50,150 nucleotides of DNA from Acutalibacteraceae bacterium (GTDB lineage: Bacteria > Actinomycetota > Coriobacteriia > Coriobacteriales > QAMH01), in the NCBI GenBank assembly GCA_963606965.1, contig CAVDAL010000108.1, positions 1-50,150 of the forward strand, written 5' to 3'. Position numbers and translations under genes: made by a program. Positions 12,078-22,641 of this stretch are shown piece by piece. A model generated the notes under the pieces. That model was given only the letters and a program-made list of their open reading frames with translations. It was not told the origin of the DNA and searched no databases. Position 1 is the stretch's first letter, and each line of letters begins with the position of its first letter.

Positions 12078-12539
12078 TCAGTCCTTTTTCAGTCTTCTAA
12101 CTTTTATATCAGACTCATCAAGAAGTTGTTGTGAAAGTTCATCTGGATAACCCTGCTCAAAAACAATTTCTTTAATGCCTGCATTGATCATCATTTTTGT
12201 GCATTGCACGCATGGTTGAGTCGTGCAATAAAGAGTTGAACCGTCTGTATGCACACCATATCTTGCTGCTTGAATGATTGCATTTTGTTCAGCATGAACA
12301 CCACGACAAAGCTCGTGCTTTTGACCAGACGGAATGCCAAGCTGTTCGCGCAAGCAGCCAATGTCTAAACAATGAGCAAGCCCTGTTGGTCCGCCATTGT
12401 AGCCTGTTGCAATGATGCGTTTGTCTTTAACAAGAATTGCGCCAACTTTTCTGCGGCGGCACGTTGAACGAGTTGCCACATCATTTACAATCGACAAAAA
12501 ATATTCATCCCAAGAAGGTCGTGAAAGTTCAGCCATCAT
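12078..12539 (-). CDS. Deoxycytidylate (dCMP) deaminase, zinc-dependent CDA family
   Basis: 153 aa with zinc motifs 'HAEQNAI' and 'PCVQCTKMM'. The size and 'SWDEYF' N-terminus are typical of ComEB/dCMP deaminases. Confidence 0.9.
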   Translation of the reverse strand: MMAELSRPSWDEYFLSIVNDVATRSTCRRRKVGAILVKDKRIIATGYNGGPTGLAHCLDIGCLREQLGIPSGQKHELCRGVHAEQNAIIQAARYGVHTDGSTLYCTTQPCVQCTKMMINAGIKEIVFEQGYPDELSQQLLDESDIKVRRLKKD

Positions 12540-12545
12540 TTACTC

Positions 12546-13802
12546 CTAATTATTCAATGCAGTATAAAGCGGATGATTATCAAGCATTTGCTTAACTCTG
12601 CCGCGAATGTCGCGCAAGACATCTTCATCATTTGGATTAAAGATTGCTTTTGCAATCATTTCGCCAACAAAGCGAGCTTCATATGTATCAAAACCGCGGG
12701 TTGTAATTGCAGCAGAACCAACGCGAATACCACTTGTAACAAATGGCGAGCGCTGTTCATTTGGAATTGTATTTTTATTCACACAAATGCCAACAGATTC
12801 AAGTAGAGCCTCTGCATCTTTGCCAGTTAAGTCTGAAGCTGTTAAATCGACCAAGCACAAATGGTTGTCTGTGCCGCCTGTCACAAGGCGCAAGCCGCCT
12901 TCAACCATGGCCTCGCCCATTGCTTTTGAATTTTCCAAAACTTGCTTTGCATATGTTTTATATGCAGGAAGTTGAGCTTCTTTAAATGCAACAGCTTTTG
13001 CAGCAATTGTATTTTCAAGAGGACCGCCTTGCGAACCTGGGAAAAGCGCTTTGTTATATTTTGTTGCAATTTCATCACTGTTGCAAACCATAAAGCCACC
13101 GCGAGGTCCGCGCAAAGTTTTTTGTGATGTTGAAGTAACAACATCTGCATGTGGAACTGGTGATGGATGATATCCTGCTGCAACAAGGCCAGCAATGTGT
13201 GCCATATCAACCATTAAATATGCACCAACTTCATGTGCAATTTGCGCAAATGCTTCAAAGTCGATAAAGCGAGGATATGCAGAAGCGCCAGCAACAATAA
13301 CTTTTGGCTTTTCTTTTAAAGCCATGTCGCGAATCATATCCATGTCGAGCAGTTCAGTTTCAGGATTGATACCATAATGAACAGCTTCATAAAGCTTGCC
13401 AGAAAATGAAACAGGAGAACCATGGGTCAAGTGCCCACCTTCAGACAAGTTCATGCCCATGAATTTGTCGCCAGGATTCATTAAAGCAGCATATGCAGCT
13501 TGATTTGCTTGTGAACCAGAATGCGGTTGTACATTTGCATGCTTTGCATTAAAAAGCTCACACGCACGTTCGATTGCAATATTTTCAATTTTGTCAATAA
13601 TTTCACAGCCGCCATAATAGCGCTTGCCAGGATATCCTTCTGCATATTTATTAGTAAGAACAGTGCCTTGAACTTCCATTACAGAAGTTGAAGCATAATT
13701 TTCAGAAGCAATCAAAATAATGCTATTGCGCTGGCGTGTAACTTCCTGATTAACAGCCTGTGCAATTTCTGGGTCTGTATTTTGCAAAAATCGAAAAGTC
13801 AT
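12546..13802 (-). CDS. glyA: Serine hydroxymethyltransferase
   Basis: 418 aa. 'LIASENY', 'GGHLTHGS', and the PLP-lysine region '[14 protein letters not shown]'. Confidence 0.97.
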   Translation of the reverse strand: MTFRFLQNTDPEIAQAVNQEVTRQRNSIILIASENYASTSVMEVQGTVLTNKYAEGYPGKRYYGGCEIIDKIENIAIERACELFNAKHANVQPHSGSQANQAAYAALMNPGDKFMGMNLSEGGHLTHGSPVSFSGKLYEAVHYGINPETELLDMDMIRDMALKEKPKVIVAGASAYPRFIDFEAFAQIAHEVGAYLMVDMAHIAGLVAAGYHPSPVPHADVVTSTSQKTLRGPRGGFMVCNSDEIATKYNKALFPGSQGGPLENTIAAKAVAFKEAQLPAYKTYAKQVLENSKAMGEAMVEGGLRLVTGGTDNHLCLVDLTASDLTGKDAEALLESVGICVNKNTIPNEQRSPFVTSGIRVGSAAITTRGFDTYEARFVGEMIAKAIFNPNDEDVLRDIRGRVKQMLDNHPLYTALNN

Positions 13803-13814
13803 AATTCCCCCTTT

Positions 13815-14261
13815 TTATTCAATGTCCATGATCTTTTCAACGCGACGCGCATGGCGACCACCTTCAAATTCAGTTTCAAGAAATGTTGTAATGATTTCTT
13901 TATTTGTATCGAAGTCAACAAATCTGCCTGAAAGAGTTAAAACATTTGCATTGTTGTGCTGGCGGCTTAATTGCGCAAACTGCGGACTTGTAACATTTGC
14001 AGCACGAATGCCATGAACTTTATTTGCTGCAATTTGCATTCCGATGCCTGTGCCACATACTAAAATTGCACATCTGCAACCATCTTGCAAAAGCTTTTCA
14101 CAAGCAGCTTTTGCAAAATCTGGATAGTCGACGCTATCACTTGAATTGCATCCACAATCAACAACTTTGCACCCCTGCTGTTCAAGCCAAGCTTTGATCA
14201 ATTCTTTTTGTTCAAAACCACCATGGTCACTTGCTAAAACTATGCACTTATCTTCCATCAT
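13815..14261 (-). CDS. rpiB: Ribose-5-phosphate isomerase B (RpiB/LacAB family)
   Basis: 148 aa. 'LASDHGGFE', 'VCGTGIGMQIAANK', and 'RRVEKI' C-terminus. Confidence 0.92.
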   Translation of the reverse strand: MMEDKCIVLASDHGGFEQKELIKAWLEQQGCKVVDCGCNSSDSVDYPDFAKAACEKLLQDGCRCAILVCGTGIGMQIAANKVHGIRAANVTSPQFAQLSRQHNNANVLTLSGRFVDFDTNKEIITTFLETEFEGGRHARRVEKIMDIE

Positions 14262-14276
14262 CGCTCCTCATATTTT

Positions 14277-14882
14277 TTATGACTTTTTAGCAAGTTTAAC
14301 ATTCAAGCCGCATGCGCGTTCAATCGCATTTGCGTCTATAGAACCTTCGCGCAATATGAATGGCAAGCGGCCAGTACAATCGACTATTGTTGATGCAATA
14401 TTTCCAGCGCAACGTTGCGGCAAGCTATCTTTTGCTAAGTGAAGAAAACTGCTATCAATTTCTTCGCGTAAAAATGGAGCTTGCTTCCCATGCTTATTTG
14501 CACTTGTGCATGCTAGCGGATTTTTCAAAGCATTGATAATATCTAAGCAAAATTCATTGTCTGGGCAGCGCATTGCAAGCGTGCCATCTTCTGGCACGCA
14601 GCCAAATTCATGTGCATCTTCAGAAGCCTCGACAACTAAAGTTAAAGCGCCGGGCCAAAATTCGTCGATAAGTCTTTTTGCATAATCTGGAATATCTTGT
14701 GCAAATTGCAAGAACAGATTATTGTTCACAAGCCAAGCGATGGGCTGGTTTGCACTCCTGCCTTTTAAGCGTGAAATTTCTGCGCAAGATTCCTTGCTTG
14801 GAATTGCAGCCAATCCATAAACTGTATCTGTTGGAAGTAAAACAACTTCACCAGCACATAAAGCATCAATGCTTGCTTGCAA
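14277..14882 (-). CDS. tsaC: L-threonylcarbamoyladenylate synthase (TsaC/YrdC/Sua5 family, single-domain)
   Basis: 201 aa. 'LLPTDTVYGLAA', 'FWPGALTLV', and 'TSANKHG'. Confidence 0.85.
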   Translation of the reverse strand: MQASIDALCAGEVVLLPTDTVYGLAAIPSKESCAEISRLKGRSANQPIAWLVNNNLFLQFAQDIPDYAKRLIDEFWPGALTLVVEASEDAHEFGCVPEDGTLAMRCPDNEFCLDIINALKNPLACTSANKHGKQAPFLREEIDSSFLHLAKDSLPQRCAGNIASTIVDCTGRLPFILREGSIDANAIERACGLNVKLAKKS

Positions 14883-14891
14883 AATCTTAAC

Positions 14892-16502
14892 TCAGAGCTC
14901 CTCTTCAAGAAGCTCTTTAGCATGAGCACATGCTGCTTCATCTGCATTTCCTGCAAGCATATAAGCTATATGCTTAACGCGCGCTTGACCATCAATAGCT
15001 TCAACCTGAGTTATTGGTGAACCATTTTCATCTTTTGTTTTGTTGACCAAGAAGTGTTTGTCGGCACGTGCAGCAACCTGAGCCAAGTGACTAATAACAA
15101 TAACTTGCGCACTTTTACTGAGCTCATGCAAACGTTGTGCAACAACTCGCCCAGTCTGCCCACCAATGCCTTGGTCAACTTCATCAAAAATAAATGTTTC
15201 ACCTTCACTTTTATGCAAGCATTCCAAAGCTAATAAAATTCTTGAAAGCTCACCACCTGATGCAATATGTGAAAGCGGACGAAGCTTCATATTTTTGCCA
15301 GGGCTATATAAAAGTTCAATATGCTCTGAACCATATGCATTCCAACGTTCAAGCGGCAAAGTTTCAAATGCAAATTCAAATGTTGCATCTGGCATTGCTA
15401 ACTCTTGCAAAGATTCTTGCAAAGCTGAACAAAATTCACCAGAAGCAGCATGACGAACTTTTGAAAGCTTTTGCGCCTCAAGCTTATAAGCTTCAAGTGC
15501 TATATCACGCTTTTGCTTTGCTTCTTGCAAGCGTTGCGGGCTAGCACAAGAAGCCTCAATTGCATTTTGTGCTTTTTCGCGAGTTTGCAAAACAGTATCA
15601 ATATCTGGACCAAAGCGTTTGATCAAACCAGAAATTGCATCTAAACGCTCTAAAGTTTCCTGCAAAGCTTGTGGGTCAAAAGAAATGCTTTCACGCACAG
15701 CAGACAAGTCGCGCGCAATATCTGAAAGCTCAGATTCTAAAGTTTCAAGACGCGCAGCTACATTATCAATTTCTTCATCTATGCCAGCAACACGCTGCAA
15801 GCTTTGCAAAGCTTGCGCCAGATAATCAAGAGCGGAATTGTCATCATAAATTAAATTTAAAGCGCTTTCACAAGCTGTCGCTAAAGATTCACCATGCTGC
15901 AAGCGCGGCAATTCAGATTCAAGCTGTTCATATTCGCCACGCTTAGGGTCGACCTTTTCAATCTCTTGCAAAGTGAATCGCAAATATTCAAGTTCATTTT
16001 CTTGGGCATTGCTTGCATTTTGCAGTTCTGTATATGCTTTATCAGCTTCCAAAAATTCATCGCGAGCTTTTGCATAATTTTGAAGATGGGAACAGTCCTT
16101 GCTAATCCAAGCGTCCAAATATGAACGTTGTTTAGATGCTTGAAGAAGTTGTACCTGCTCACTTTGGCTATGAATATGAACGCTTGCGCCAAGATTTGCA
16201 AGTTCACCAACAGTTGCCATTTCTCCATCTATCTTGCATTTTGAACGGCCGCTTTCACTAAGACGCCTAGAAGTAATATGTTCTTCATCATCCAAAATAA
16301 GTCGCGCGCTTGCAAAAGCTTCACTACAGCCGTCGCGCACCATCTTTGAATCTGCGCGCTGGCCTAAAATCAATTTCAATGCAGAAAGCAAAGCTGTCTT
16401 GCCTGCTCCAGTTTCACCTGTTAAAACATTAAGACCAGATGAAAATTCAATATCAGCCTGTGGAATTAAAGCAATATTTTGCACTTGGAGTTCATCTATC
16501 AT
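14892..16502 (-). CDS. recN: DNA repair protein RecN
   Basis: 536 aa SMC-like protein. Walker A 'GETGAGKT', long coiled coil, signature 'SGGELSR', Walker B 'FIFDEVD'. Confidence 0.93.
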   Translation of the reverse strand: MIDELQVQNIALIPQADIEFSSGLNVLTGETGAGKTALLSALKLILGQRADSKMVRDGCSEAFASARLILDDEEHITSRRLSESGRSKCKIDGEMATVGELANLGASVHIHSQSEQVQLLQASKQRSYLDAWISKDCSHLQNYAKARDEFLEADKAYTELQNASNAQENELEYLRFTLQEIEKVDPKRGEYEQLESELPRLQHGESLATACESALNLIYDDNSALDYLAQALQSLQRVAGIDEEIDNVAARLETLESELSDIARDLSAVRESISFDPQALQETLERLDAISGLIKRFGPDIDTVLQTREKAQNAIEASCASPQRLQEAKQKRDIALEAYKLEAQKLSKVRHAASGEFCSALQESLQELAMPDATFEFAFETLPLERWNAYGSEHIELLYSPGKNMKLRPLSHIASGGELSRILLALECLHKSEGETFIFDEVDQGIGGQTGRVVAQRLHELSKSAQVIVISHLAQVAARADKHFLVNKTKDENGSPITQVEAIDGQARVKHIAYMLAGNADEAACAHAKELLEEEL

Positions 16503-17332
16503 TATGACTCGCCCCCTCCTGCAAAAAATACTCTTGATACATTTTCAAAAAAGTCGCCGCCAGCACAAACAACATGAAGATCTTTTTGTCCGCGTGTTAC
16601 TGTGATATTCATTGCGCCATAAAAATCTATCGGTTCGCCATCTACAAAAAGCGATGAACCATACACGCCGCGGCCAAGCGTTTGAATTTCTAAAACATCA
16701 GAAGGTGAAAGCATCAAAGCTCGCGAATTTAAAGTATGCGGAGCAACAGGCACAACAAGCAACCCATGATAATCAGGGGAAACTATAGGGCCACCCGCAG
16801 ACAAAGCATATCCTGTTGAACCTGTACCAGTTGCAACAATAAGGCCGTCGGCTCGCAAGTTTGCTATTGGTGTTCCATTCACACTGTACTTATAGTGAAT
16901 GATGTGGCCATTTGCACCACGCGTATAAGCAAGCTCATTTAATGCTGTAACAAAGCGCTCTTCCCCATTTTCGTCAACAAAGCGTGCATCCAAAGTTGCT
17001 CTGCGCTCAATCAGAACATCCCCACTTAAAGTATCAAGGATACATTCAAGTTCATCGCGTTTATTTTCCCCACTCAAAAAACCTAAAGTCCCATGGTTAA
17101 GACCAAGAATCGGGATTGGTTCGAAATTAATAAGATGAGCAGCACGCAAAAAAGTGCCGTCGCCACCAATAGCAACGACAAGAGCGATTTCATCCAAATT
17201 TGCAGCAGTTAAATGTTTTTCATCTGGCTGTTGAACACATACATCAACGCCGGCAATCTCCAAGCGCGTTGTAAGCAGGCGCGTCGCATCCGACGTAGCT
17301 TCTTCTGTGTTTGGAACAAGTAAAACCTTCAC
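16502..17332 (-). CDS. nadK: NAD(+) kinase
   Basis: 276 aa. 'GGDGTFLRA' and 'NHGTLGFL' motifs. Overlaps tlyA (ATGA) and recN (1 nt). Confidence 0.92.
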   Translation of the reverse strand: MKVLLVPNTEEATSDATRLLTTRLEIAGVDVCVQQPDEKHLTAANLDEIALVVAIGGDGTFLRAAHLINFEPIPILGLNHGTLGFLSGENKRDELECILDTLSGDVLIERRATLDARFVDENGEERFVTALNELAYTRGANGHIIHYKYSVNGTPIANLRADGLIVATGTGSTGYALSAGGPIVSPDYHGLLVVPVAPHTLNSRALMLSPSDVLEIQTLGRGVYGSSLFVDGEPIDFYGAMNITVTRGQKDLHVVCAGGDFFENVSRVFFAGGGES

Positions 17333-18150
17333 GATTTACCACCTAAACTTTCATGTGCGCAACAGACGAGTTCATTTATATATGCATTGCTTATATTACT
17401 ATCATTTTCAACATTTGCACTGCGTCGCAAAAAAATAAGATATTCAATATTTCCCTTTGCACCTGTAACAGGAGAATGTGCAAGCCCAAGGCATGAAAGC
17501 TCAAAATCATTTGCACTTGCTATAACTTCTTCAATAACTCTTGTATGAACTTCGCGGTTATGGACTATTCCGCCTTCATCAACCTCGGTTTTTGCCGCTT
17601 CAAACTGCGGTTTTATAAGCAAGATTGCTTGCGCACCACATTTACAAAAATTGCGAACATCAGGCATTATTTTTTTAAGAGAGATAAATGAAAGGTCGCC
17701 AACTACTAAGTCAAAAGGCCCATCCACACTTGCAGGGTCAAGATTGCGGATGTTTGTGCGTTCATATAAACTTACGCGCTTGTCATTGCGCAAAGACCAA
17801 ACAAACTGCCCATATCCAACATCAATTGAACTGACGTGCGCAGCGCCTGCTTGCAGCAAGCAATCTGTAAATCCCCCGCTAGATGTCCCAAGGTCAGCAC
17901 AATTTTTGCCTTCAACTTCCACATCAAAAGCTTGCAAAGCAGCATGAAGCTTCTTGCCTCCACGGGAAACAAAATTTGAACGATTTTTTAAACGAATGTC
18001 GACTGTACGGTCTAAGCGTTTGCCGGCTGAAGTTTCACAATGAAATCCAACTACAACTTCCCCAGCTAAAACTGCAGCTTGTGCAGCATGAAGATCGTTG
18101 AAAAACCCACGCTCAACCAACAGTTCATCAAGGCGCGGCTTATCTGTCAT
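17329..18150 (-). CDS. tlyA: TlyA-family rRNA 2'-O-methyltransferase (S4 + FtsJ domains)
   Basis: 273 aa. N-terminal S4-like 'RLDELLVERGF' and SAM-binding 'DLGTSSGGFTD'. Confidence 0.88.
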   Translation of the reverse strand: MTDKPRLDELLVERGFFNDLHAAQAAVLAGEVVVGFHCETSAGKRLDRTVDIRLKNRSNFVSRGGKKLHAALQAFDVEVEGKNCADLGTSSGGFTDCLLQAGAAHVSSIDVGYGQFVWSLRNDKRVSLYERTNIRNLDPASVDGPFDLVVGDLSFISLKKIMPDVRNFCKCGAQAILLIKPQFEAAKTEVDEGGIVHNREVHTRVIEEVIASANDFELSCLGLAHSPVTGAKGNIEYLIFLRRSANVENDSNISNAYINELVCCAHESLGGKS

Positions 18151-20015
18151 TTATTATATGCCTCCAGAATTTTTGAAGCAATTCCAGCAGCATCTAAACC
18201 ATAAAGTTCATGAAGCTTTTGCAAAGAACCTTGCTGAATAAATTTATTTGGAAGGCCAATGCGTAAAACTTTTGGACTTTCCAAGCTGTCTGCATATTCT
18301 TCCAAAACGCTTGAACCAAATCCGCCAGCCAATGAATTTTCTTCCAAAGTCACAACTAGCTTTGCACATTTAGCAGCCTGTAAAGCTTCTTTATCTATAG
18401 GCTGAACAAAACGCATATCATAAAGGCTGGTATAAATTCCCTGCTCTTTAAGAATTTCACAAGCTTGCAATGCAGTAGATGCAAGTGCGCCAACACAAAG
18501 AATTGCCACATCTTTGCCTTCATGAAGAAGACGAGCTCCTTCTTCAAATGGCTTTGTATTTTCTTGAATTTCTTCAACACATGCGCCGCGTGGATATCTT
18601 ATTGCAATAGGCCCTTGCGCATTGATAGCATAATTTAAAGCATGGCGAAGTTCACCTTCATCTGAAGGAGCCAAAACTGTCATATTTGGAATTGTATGCA
18701 AGTATGAAAGATCAAATGAACCATGATGTGTTGGCCCATCTTCGCCAACAAGTCCTGCCCTGTCCAAACAAAAAATTACATGCTGATTTTGAAGAGCAAC
18801 ATTTATCATCATTTGATCATATGCGCGCTGCAAAAATGTTGAATAAATTGCAACAACTGGAATTTTGCCACCCATTGCAAGTGAACTTGCCATTGTAACA
18901 GCATGTTCTTCTGCAATCCCAACATCAAAAAAGCGCTTTGGATATTTCTTCGCAAATGCATCCAGGCCTGTTCCAGAAGTCATAGCAGCTGTGATTGCAA
19001 CAATATCTTCATTCTTATTAGCAAGGCGCAACAGTTCATCGCTAAAAATAGAAGTCCAAGTTTTGCAATCAGCTTTCTTTTGCGACTTGCCTGTTTTTAC
19101 ATCAAAAGCACCAATGCCATGGAATATATCTGGGTGCTTTTCAGCTGGTTCATAGCCTTTGCCTTTTGTAGTAACAGCATGAATAATAATTGGCCCGTCG
19201 AATTCTTTTGTTTCTTTAAAAAGCTCAATCAAAGTTGGAATATTATGACCATCGACAGGGCCTACATATGTAATGCCAAGCTGTTCAAAAAACATTCCTG
19301 TTGGCAAAACAAGCTGCTTGAAAGATTCTTTAAAAGCATTGCCAGTATCCATCAAAAACTTGCCAAGCTTGCCTTTGGAAGCTACAGCGTCTTCAACACT
19401 ATCGCGAACACTTGTATATCTTTTGGAAAGTCTAGAATGAGCCAAAGATGCAGCAATTCCACCAACATTTTTAGAAATTGACATGCCATTGTCATTTAAA
19501 ACGATAATCAATTTTGTGCCACTGCTTGCAACTTGATTCAATGCCTCAAATGCCATTCCGCCAGAAATTGAAGCATCCCCGATAAATGCGACTACAGTTT
19601 CATTTCTGCCATTTATATCGCGAGCACATGCAAAACCCAAAGCTGTAGAAATTGAATCTGAAGCATGACCTGCATCGTGGGAATCATAAGAACTTTCATC
19701 GATTTTTGGAAAGCCTGAAATTCCATCAAATGTTCTTAATGTATCAAAATTTTCAAAGCGCCCAGTCAATAGCTTGTGAGCATATGATTGATGACCAACA
19801 TCAAAAACAATGCGGTCGCGTGGACAATCTAAAACATAATGCAAAGCAACAATAAGTTCAACTGCACCAAGAGAAGAAGCAAGATGACCACCACGCAAAG
19901 AACATGTGCCAATCATCTTTGCACGGAGCTCGACAGCAAGCTGCTCAAGCTCTTCATTGGTCAAAGACTTAAGATCTTGTGGTGAATGTATTTTATCAAG
20001 CAGCTTTATTGGCAT
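18147..20015 (-). CDS. dxs: 1-deoxy-D-xylulose-5-phosphate synthase
   Basis: 622 aa. 'GGHLASSLG', 'GHQSYAHKLLTGR', the ThDP motif 'IGDASISGGMAFEALN', and a transketolase-like C-terminus. Confidence 0.96.
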   Translation of the reverse strand: MPIKLLDKIHSPQDLKSLTNEELEQLAVELRAKMIGTCSLRGGHLASSLGAVELIVALHYVLDCPRDRIVFDVGHQSYAHKLLTGRFENFDTLRTFDGISGFPKIDESSYDSHDAGHASDSISTALGFACARDINGRNETVVAFIGDASISGGMAFEALNQVASSGTKLIIVLNDNGMSISKNVGGIAASLAHSRLSKRYTSVRDSVEDAVASKGKLGKFLMDTGNAFKESFKQLVLPTGMFFEQLGITYVGPVDGHNIPTLIELFKETKEFDGPIIIHAVTTKGKGYEPAEKHPDIFHGIGAFDVKTGKSQKKADCKTWTSIFSDELLRLANKNEDIVAITAAMTSGTGLDAFAKKYPKRFFDVGIAEEHAVTMASSLAMGGKIPVVAIYSTFLQRAYDQMMINVALQNQHVIFCLDRAGLVGEDGPTHHGSFDLSYLHTIPNMTVLAPSDEGELRHALNYAINAQGPIAIRYPRGACVEEIQENTKPFEEGARLLHEGKDVAILCVGALASTALQACEILKEQGIYTSLYDMRFVQPIDKEALQAAKCAKLVVTLEENSLAGGFGSSVLEEYADSLESPKVLRIGLPNKFIQQGSLQKLHELYGLDAAGIASKILEAYNK

Positions 20016-20026
20016 AAGTGAAAAGC

Positions 20027-20383
20027 CTATTCTTCGCTGCCTTCTTCAGCTTCTTCAGCTGATGGCTCTTCGCTTTCCGCATCTTCACTAGCTGCACCTT
20101 CATTGGCAGCTTCTTCATTATCACTTTCAGAATCTGCGGCATTGCTAACTTCAGCACCAAGGCTCACACTAATTTCTTGTGAAAGCAATTCTGCAGCAGC
20201 TGCAGCTTCCTCTTTAGAAAAATCAGACTTGTCTACAAGTTCAGAGCAGCGGTTCGCAAACTTGATTGCCTCTTCATATAAGTCAAGGCTTTTTTCAAGC
20301 GATAAATCTTTCTTGCGAACTTCTACTAAAATTTCATCCAAGCGCGCACGCACTTCTGAAAATGTGCCATAAGTATTTGTCAT
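20027..20383 (-). CDS. xseB: Exodeoxyribonuclease VII small subunit with long acidic C-terminal tail
   Basis: 118 aa. The first ~65 aa ('FSEVRARLDEILVEVRKKDLSLEKSLDLYEEAIKFANRCSELV') match the XseB helical hairpin. The remainder is an Ala/Glu/Ser-rich tail. The position after nusB parallels Bacillus synteny. Confidence 0.75.
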   Translation of the reverse strand: MTNTYGTFSEVRARLDEILVEVRKKDLSLEKSLDLYEEAIKFANRCSELVDKSDFSKEEAAAAAELLSQEISVSLGAEVSNAADSESDNEEAANEGAASEDAESEEPSAEEAEEGSEE

Positions 20384-20898
20384 GCGAGCTCCTCTTTCAG
20401 CTCTTCATTAGCATCATCAATATCAACGGGACTTTCATTGAAAAGATTTTTTGCAACATGTCCCAAAACGCCATTTACAAAACGCGGAGAATCGTCGCCG
20501 CCAAAAGCCTTTGCCAACTCAACGGCTTCATTGATTGCAACGCTGACTGGAATATCTTCACGGAATTGCATTTCATAAATTGCAAGGCGAATGATATTTC
20601 TGTCCACAATTGGCATGCGCGAAACACTCCATTTGTATGCAACTTCAGAAATCCATTCATCAATTTGAGGAATTTTCTCTTCAATTCCTTCAAGCAATTC
20701 TTGAGCATATTCGCTTAAATCTGTGCCAATTAAATCAAATTCATGCGCGCCTTCTGGGCATGTTGGAATAAGTAAAGCTTCCCCAGATTCAATATCTTTG
20801 TCTAATGAGTCAAAAGAAACGCCAGCAAGTTCGCGCCTATAAAGCATTTGCAAGGCTTGGCGCCTTGAAAGTGTATTTTCATGTTGAAGTGTTGACAT
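20380..20898 (-). CDS. nusB: Transcription antitermination factor NusB
   Basis: 172 aa. 'RRQALQMLY', 'IRLAIYEM', and 'INEAVELAKAFGGDDSPRFVNGVLG'. Confidence 0.9.
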   Translation of the reverse strand: MSTLQHENTLSRRQALQMLYRRELAGVSFDSLDKDIESGEALLIPTCPEGAHEFDLIGTDLSEYAQELLEGIEEKIPQIDEWISEVAYKWSVSRMPIVDRNIIRLAIYEMQFREDIPVSVAINEAVELAKAFGGDDSPRFVNGVLGHVAKNLFNESPVDIDDANEELKEELA

Positions 20899-20904
20899 CT
20901 AGCT

Positions 20905-21279
20905 CTATTCCTTAGAAGTAATAGCGTCGATGCTAATATCTACATTTACGACTTCAATTCCAATTTGGCCTTTCAAAGCATCTGCACAAGCTTCACGAAC
21001 ACGCTGTGCAACTTCGACAAGGCTATATCCATAATAAACTTGGATAGTCAATGAAACATAAGCCTTCATCAATTCATCAACTTCAAGATTAATTCCTGCA
21101 TTTGAAGCTGACTTATTTGAAGAAAATGCAGCAGCCAAAGTTGAAATTGTGCCAGAATTTCCAACGCCTGCCACACCCTCGACTTCAGATACTGCTAAAG
21201 AAATAATTGTTTCTGCAACACCAGGAGCAATAACAACGCCATCAATGTTCAACTCTTGAGAGCTGTTCTTTTCTTTCAT
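20905..21279 (-). CDS. Asp23/Gls24 family envelope stress protein
   Basis: 124 aa from ATG 21279. The ORF-track start at 21348 would overlap accC by 65 nt. 'IAPGVAETIISLAVSEVEGVAGV' is typical of Asp23. The position before nusB matches Bacillus yqhY. Confidence 0.85.
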   Translation of the reverse strand: MKEKNSSQELNIDGVVIAPGVAETIISLAVSEVEGVAGVGNSGTISTLAAAFSSNKSASNAGINLEVDELMKAYVSLTIQVYYGYSLVEVAQRVREACADALKGQIGIEVVNVDISIDAITSKE

Positions 21280-21283
21280 GCTT

Positions 21284-22633
21284 TTATGCCTCCGCCATTT
21301 CTGTTTCAATAAAGTCTGTATAAACAATACCTTTGTTAAAGGCTTCATTATCTAAAACTTTTTTGTGGAATGGAATAGTTGTTGCAATCCCTTCCACAAT
21401 AAATTCATCTAAAGCGCGCTTACCGCGTGCAATTGCTTCTTCACGAGTGTCGCCCCAAACAATAAGTTTTGCAATAAGCGAATCATATGTTGGAGGAACA
21501 AAAGCACCTGCGCGGATATGAGTATCAACTCGAACACCAGGGCCGCCTGGCAAATCAAAACGAGTGATTTTTCCAGGGCATGGGCAGAAGTTATTGTCTG
21601 GATCTTCTGCATTGATTCTGAATTCTATAGCATGTGCTATTGGTGAAAGCGGAGCTTTATCTGCAATAGAAATTGGTTCATTTGCAGCAATGCGCAATTG
21701 CTCTTTAATAATATCTGAGCCAGTAATTTGTTCAGATACAGGATGTTCAACTTGAACACGCGTATTCATTTCCATGAAATAGAAGCTGCCATCTGTATCG
21801 AGCAAAAATTCTATTGTGCCAGCATTTTTATAATCAACAGCTTTGACTGCTTTTATTGCAACTTCACCCATCTTTTGGCGAGTTTCTTCAGACAAAGCAG
21901 GGCTTGGAGCTTCTTCAAGAAGCTTTTGATGTCTGCGCTGAATTGAACAGTCGCGTTCACACAAGTGCATTGCATTGCCAAAGTTATCTGCCAAAACTTG
22001 CATTTCAACATGGCGAGGACGAGCTAAATATTTTTCAAGATAAACATCGCCATTGCCAAAAGCATTTTGTGCTTCTGTTTTTGCAGCCTGAAACATTGCT
22101 TCTAAATCTTGTGGCTTTTCGCAAACGCGCATGCCTTTGCCGCCACCACCAGCAGAAGCTTTAATCAAAACTGGGTATCCAACTTCATCTGCAAATTTTG
22201 CAGCTTCTTCAACGCTTTCAACCACGCCATCTGAACCTGGAACACATGGAACACCAAACGATTCCATAGTTTCTCTTGCGTGTGCTTTGTCGCCCATCCT
22301 TTCAATGCATTCAGGAGAAGGGCCAATGAAAACGATATCATTTTCAGCGCATGCACGCGCAAAATCTGCATTTTCTGCCAAAAAGCCATAGCCAGGATGA
22401 ATAGCCTGAGCGCCTGTTATCTGTGCTGCGCCAATAATATTTGGAACGACTAAATAGCTTTGTGCAGAAGGAGCAGGGCCTATGCATACAGCTTCATCTG
22501 AAAGCTTGACAGGCAATGTGTCTTTGTCTGCTTCAGAATAAACAATGACAGTTTTAACGCCAAGCTCGTGAGCAGCACGGATTATGCGTGTTGCAATTTC
22601 GCCTCTATTTGCTATAAGAATCTTATCAAACAT
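21284..22633 (-). CDS. accC: Biotin carboxylase (AccC-type; likely pyruvate carboxylase subunit A given its neighbour)
   Basis: 449 aa. 'ILIANRGEIA', ATP-grasp 'GGGGKGMR', and 'EMNTRVQVEH'. Confidence 0.93.
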   Translation of the reverse strand: MFDKILIANRGEIATRIIRAAHELGVKTVIVYSEADKDTLPVKLSDEAVCIGPAPSAQSYLVVPNIIGAAQITGAQAIHPGYGFLAENADFARACAENDIVFIGPSPECIERMGDKAHARETMESFGVPCVPGSDGVVESVEEAAKFADEVGYPVLIKASAGGGGKGMRVCEKPQDLEAMFQAAKTEAQNAFGNGDVYLEKYLARPRHVEMQVLADNFGNAMHLCERDCSIQRRHQKLLEEAPSPALSEETRQKMGEVAIKAVKAVDYKNAGTIEFLLDTDGSFYFMEMNTRVQVEHPVSEQITGSDIIKEQLRIAANEPISIADKAPLSPIAHAIEFRINAEDPDNNFCPCPGKITRFDLPGGPGVRVDTHIRAGAFVPPTYDSLIAKLIVWGDTREEAIARGKRALDEFIVEGIATTIPFHKKVLDNEAFNKGIVYTDFIETEMAEA

Positions 22634-22641
22634 GATAATAC

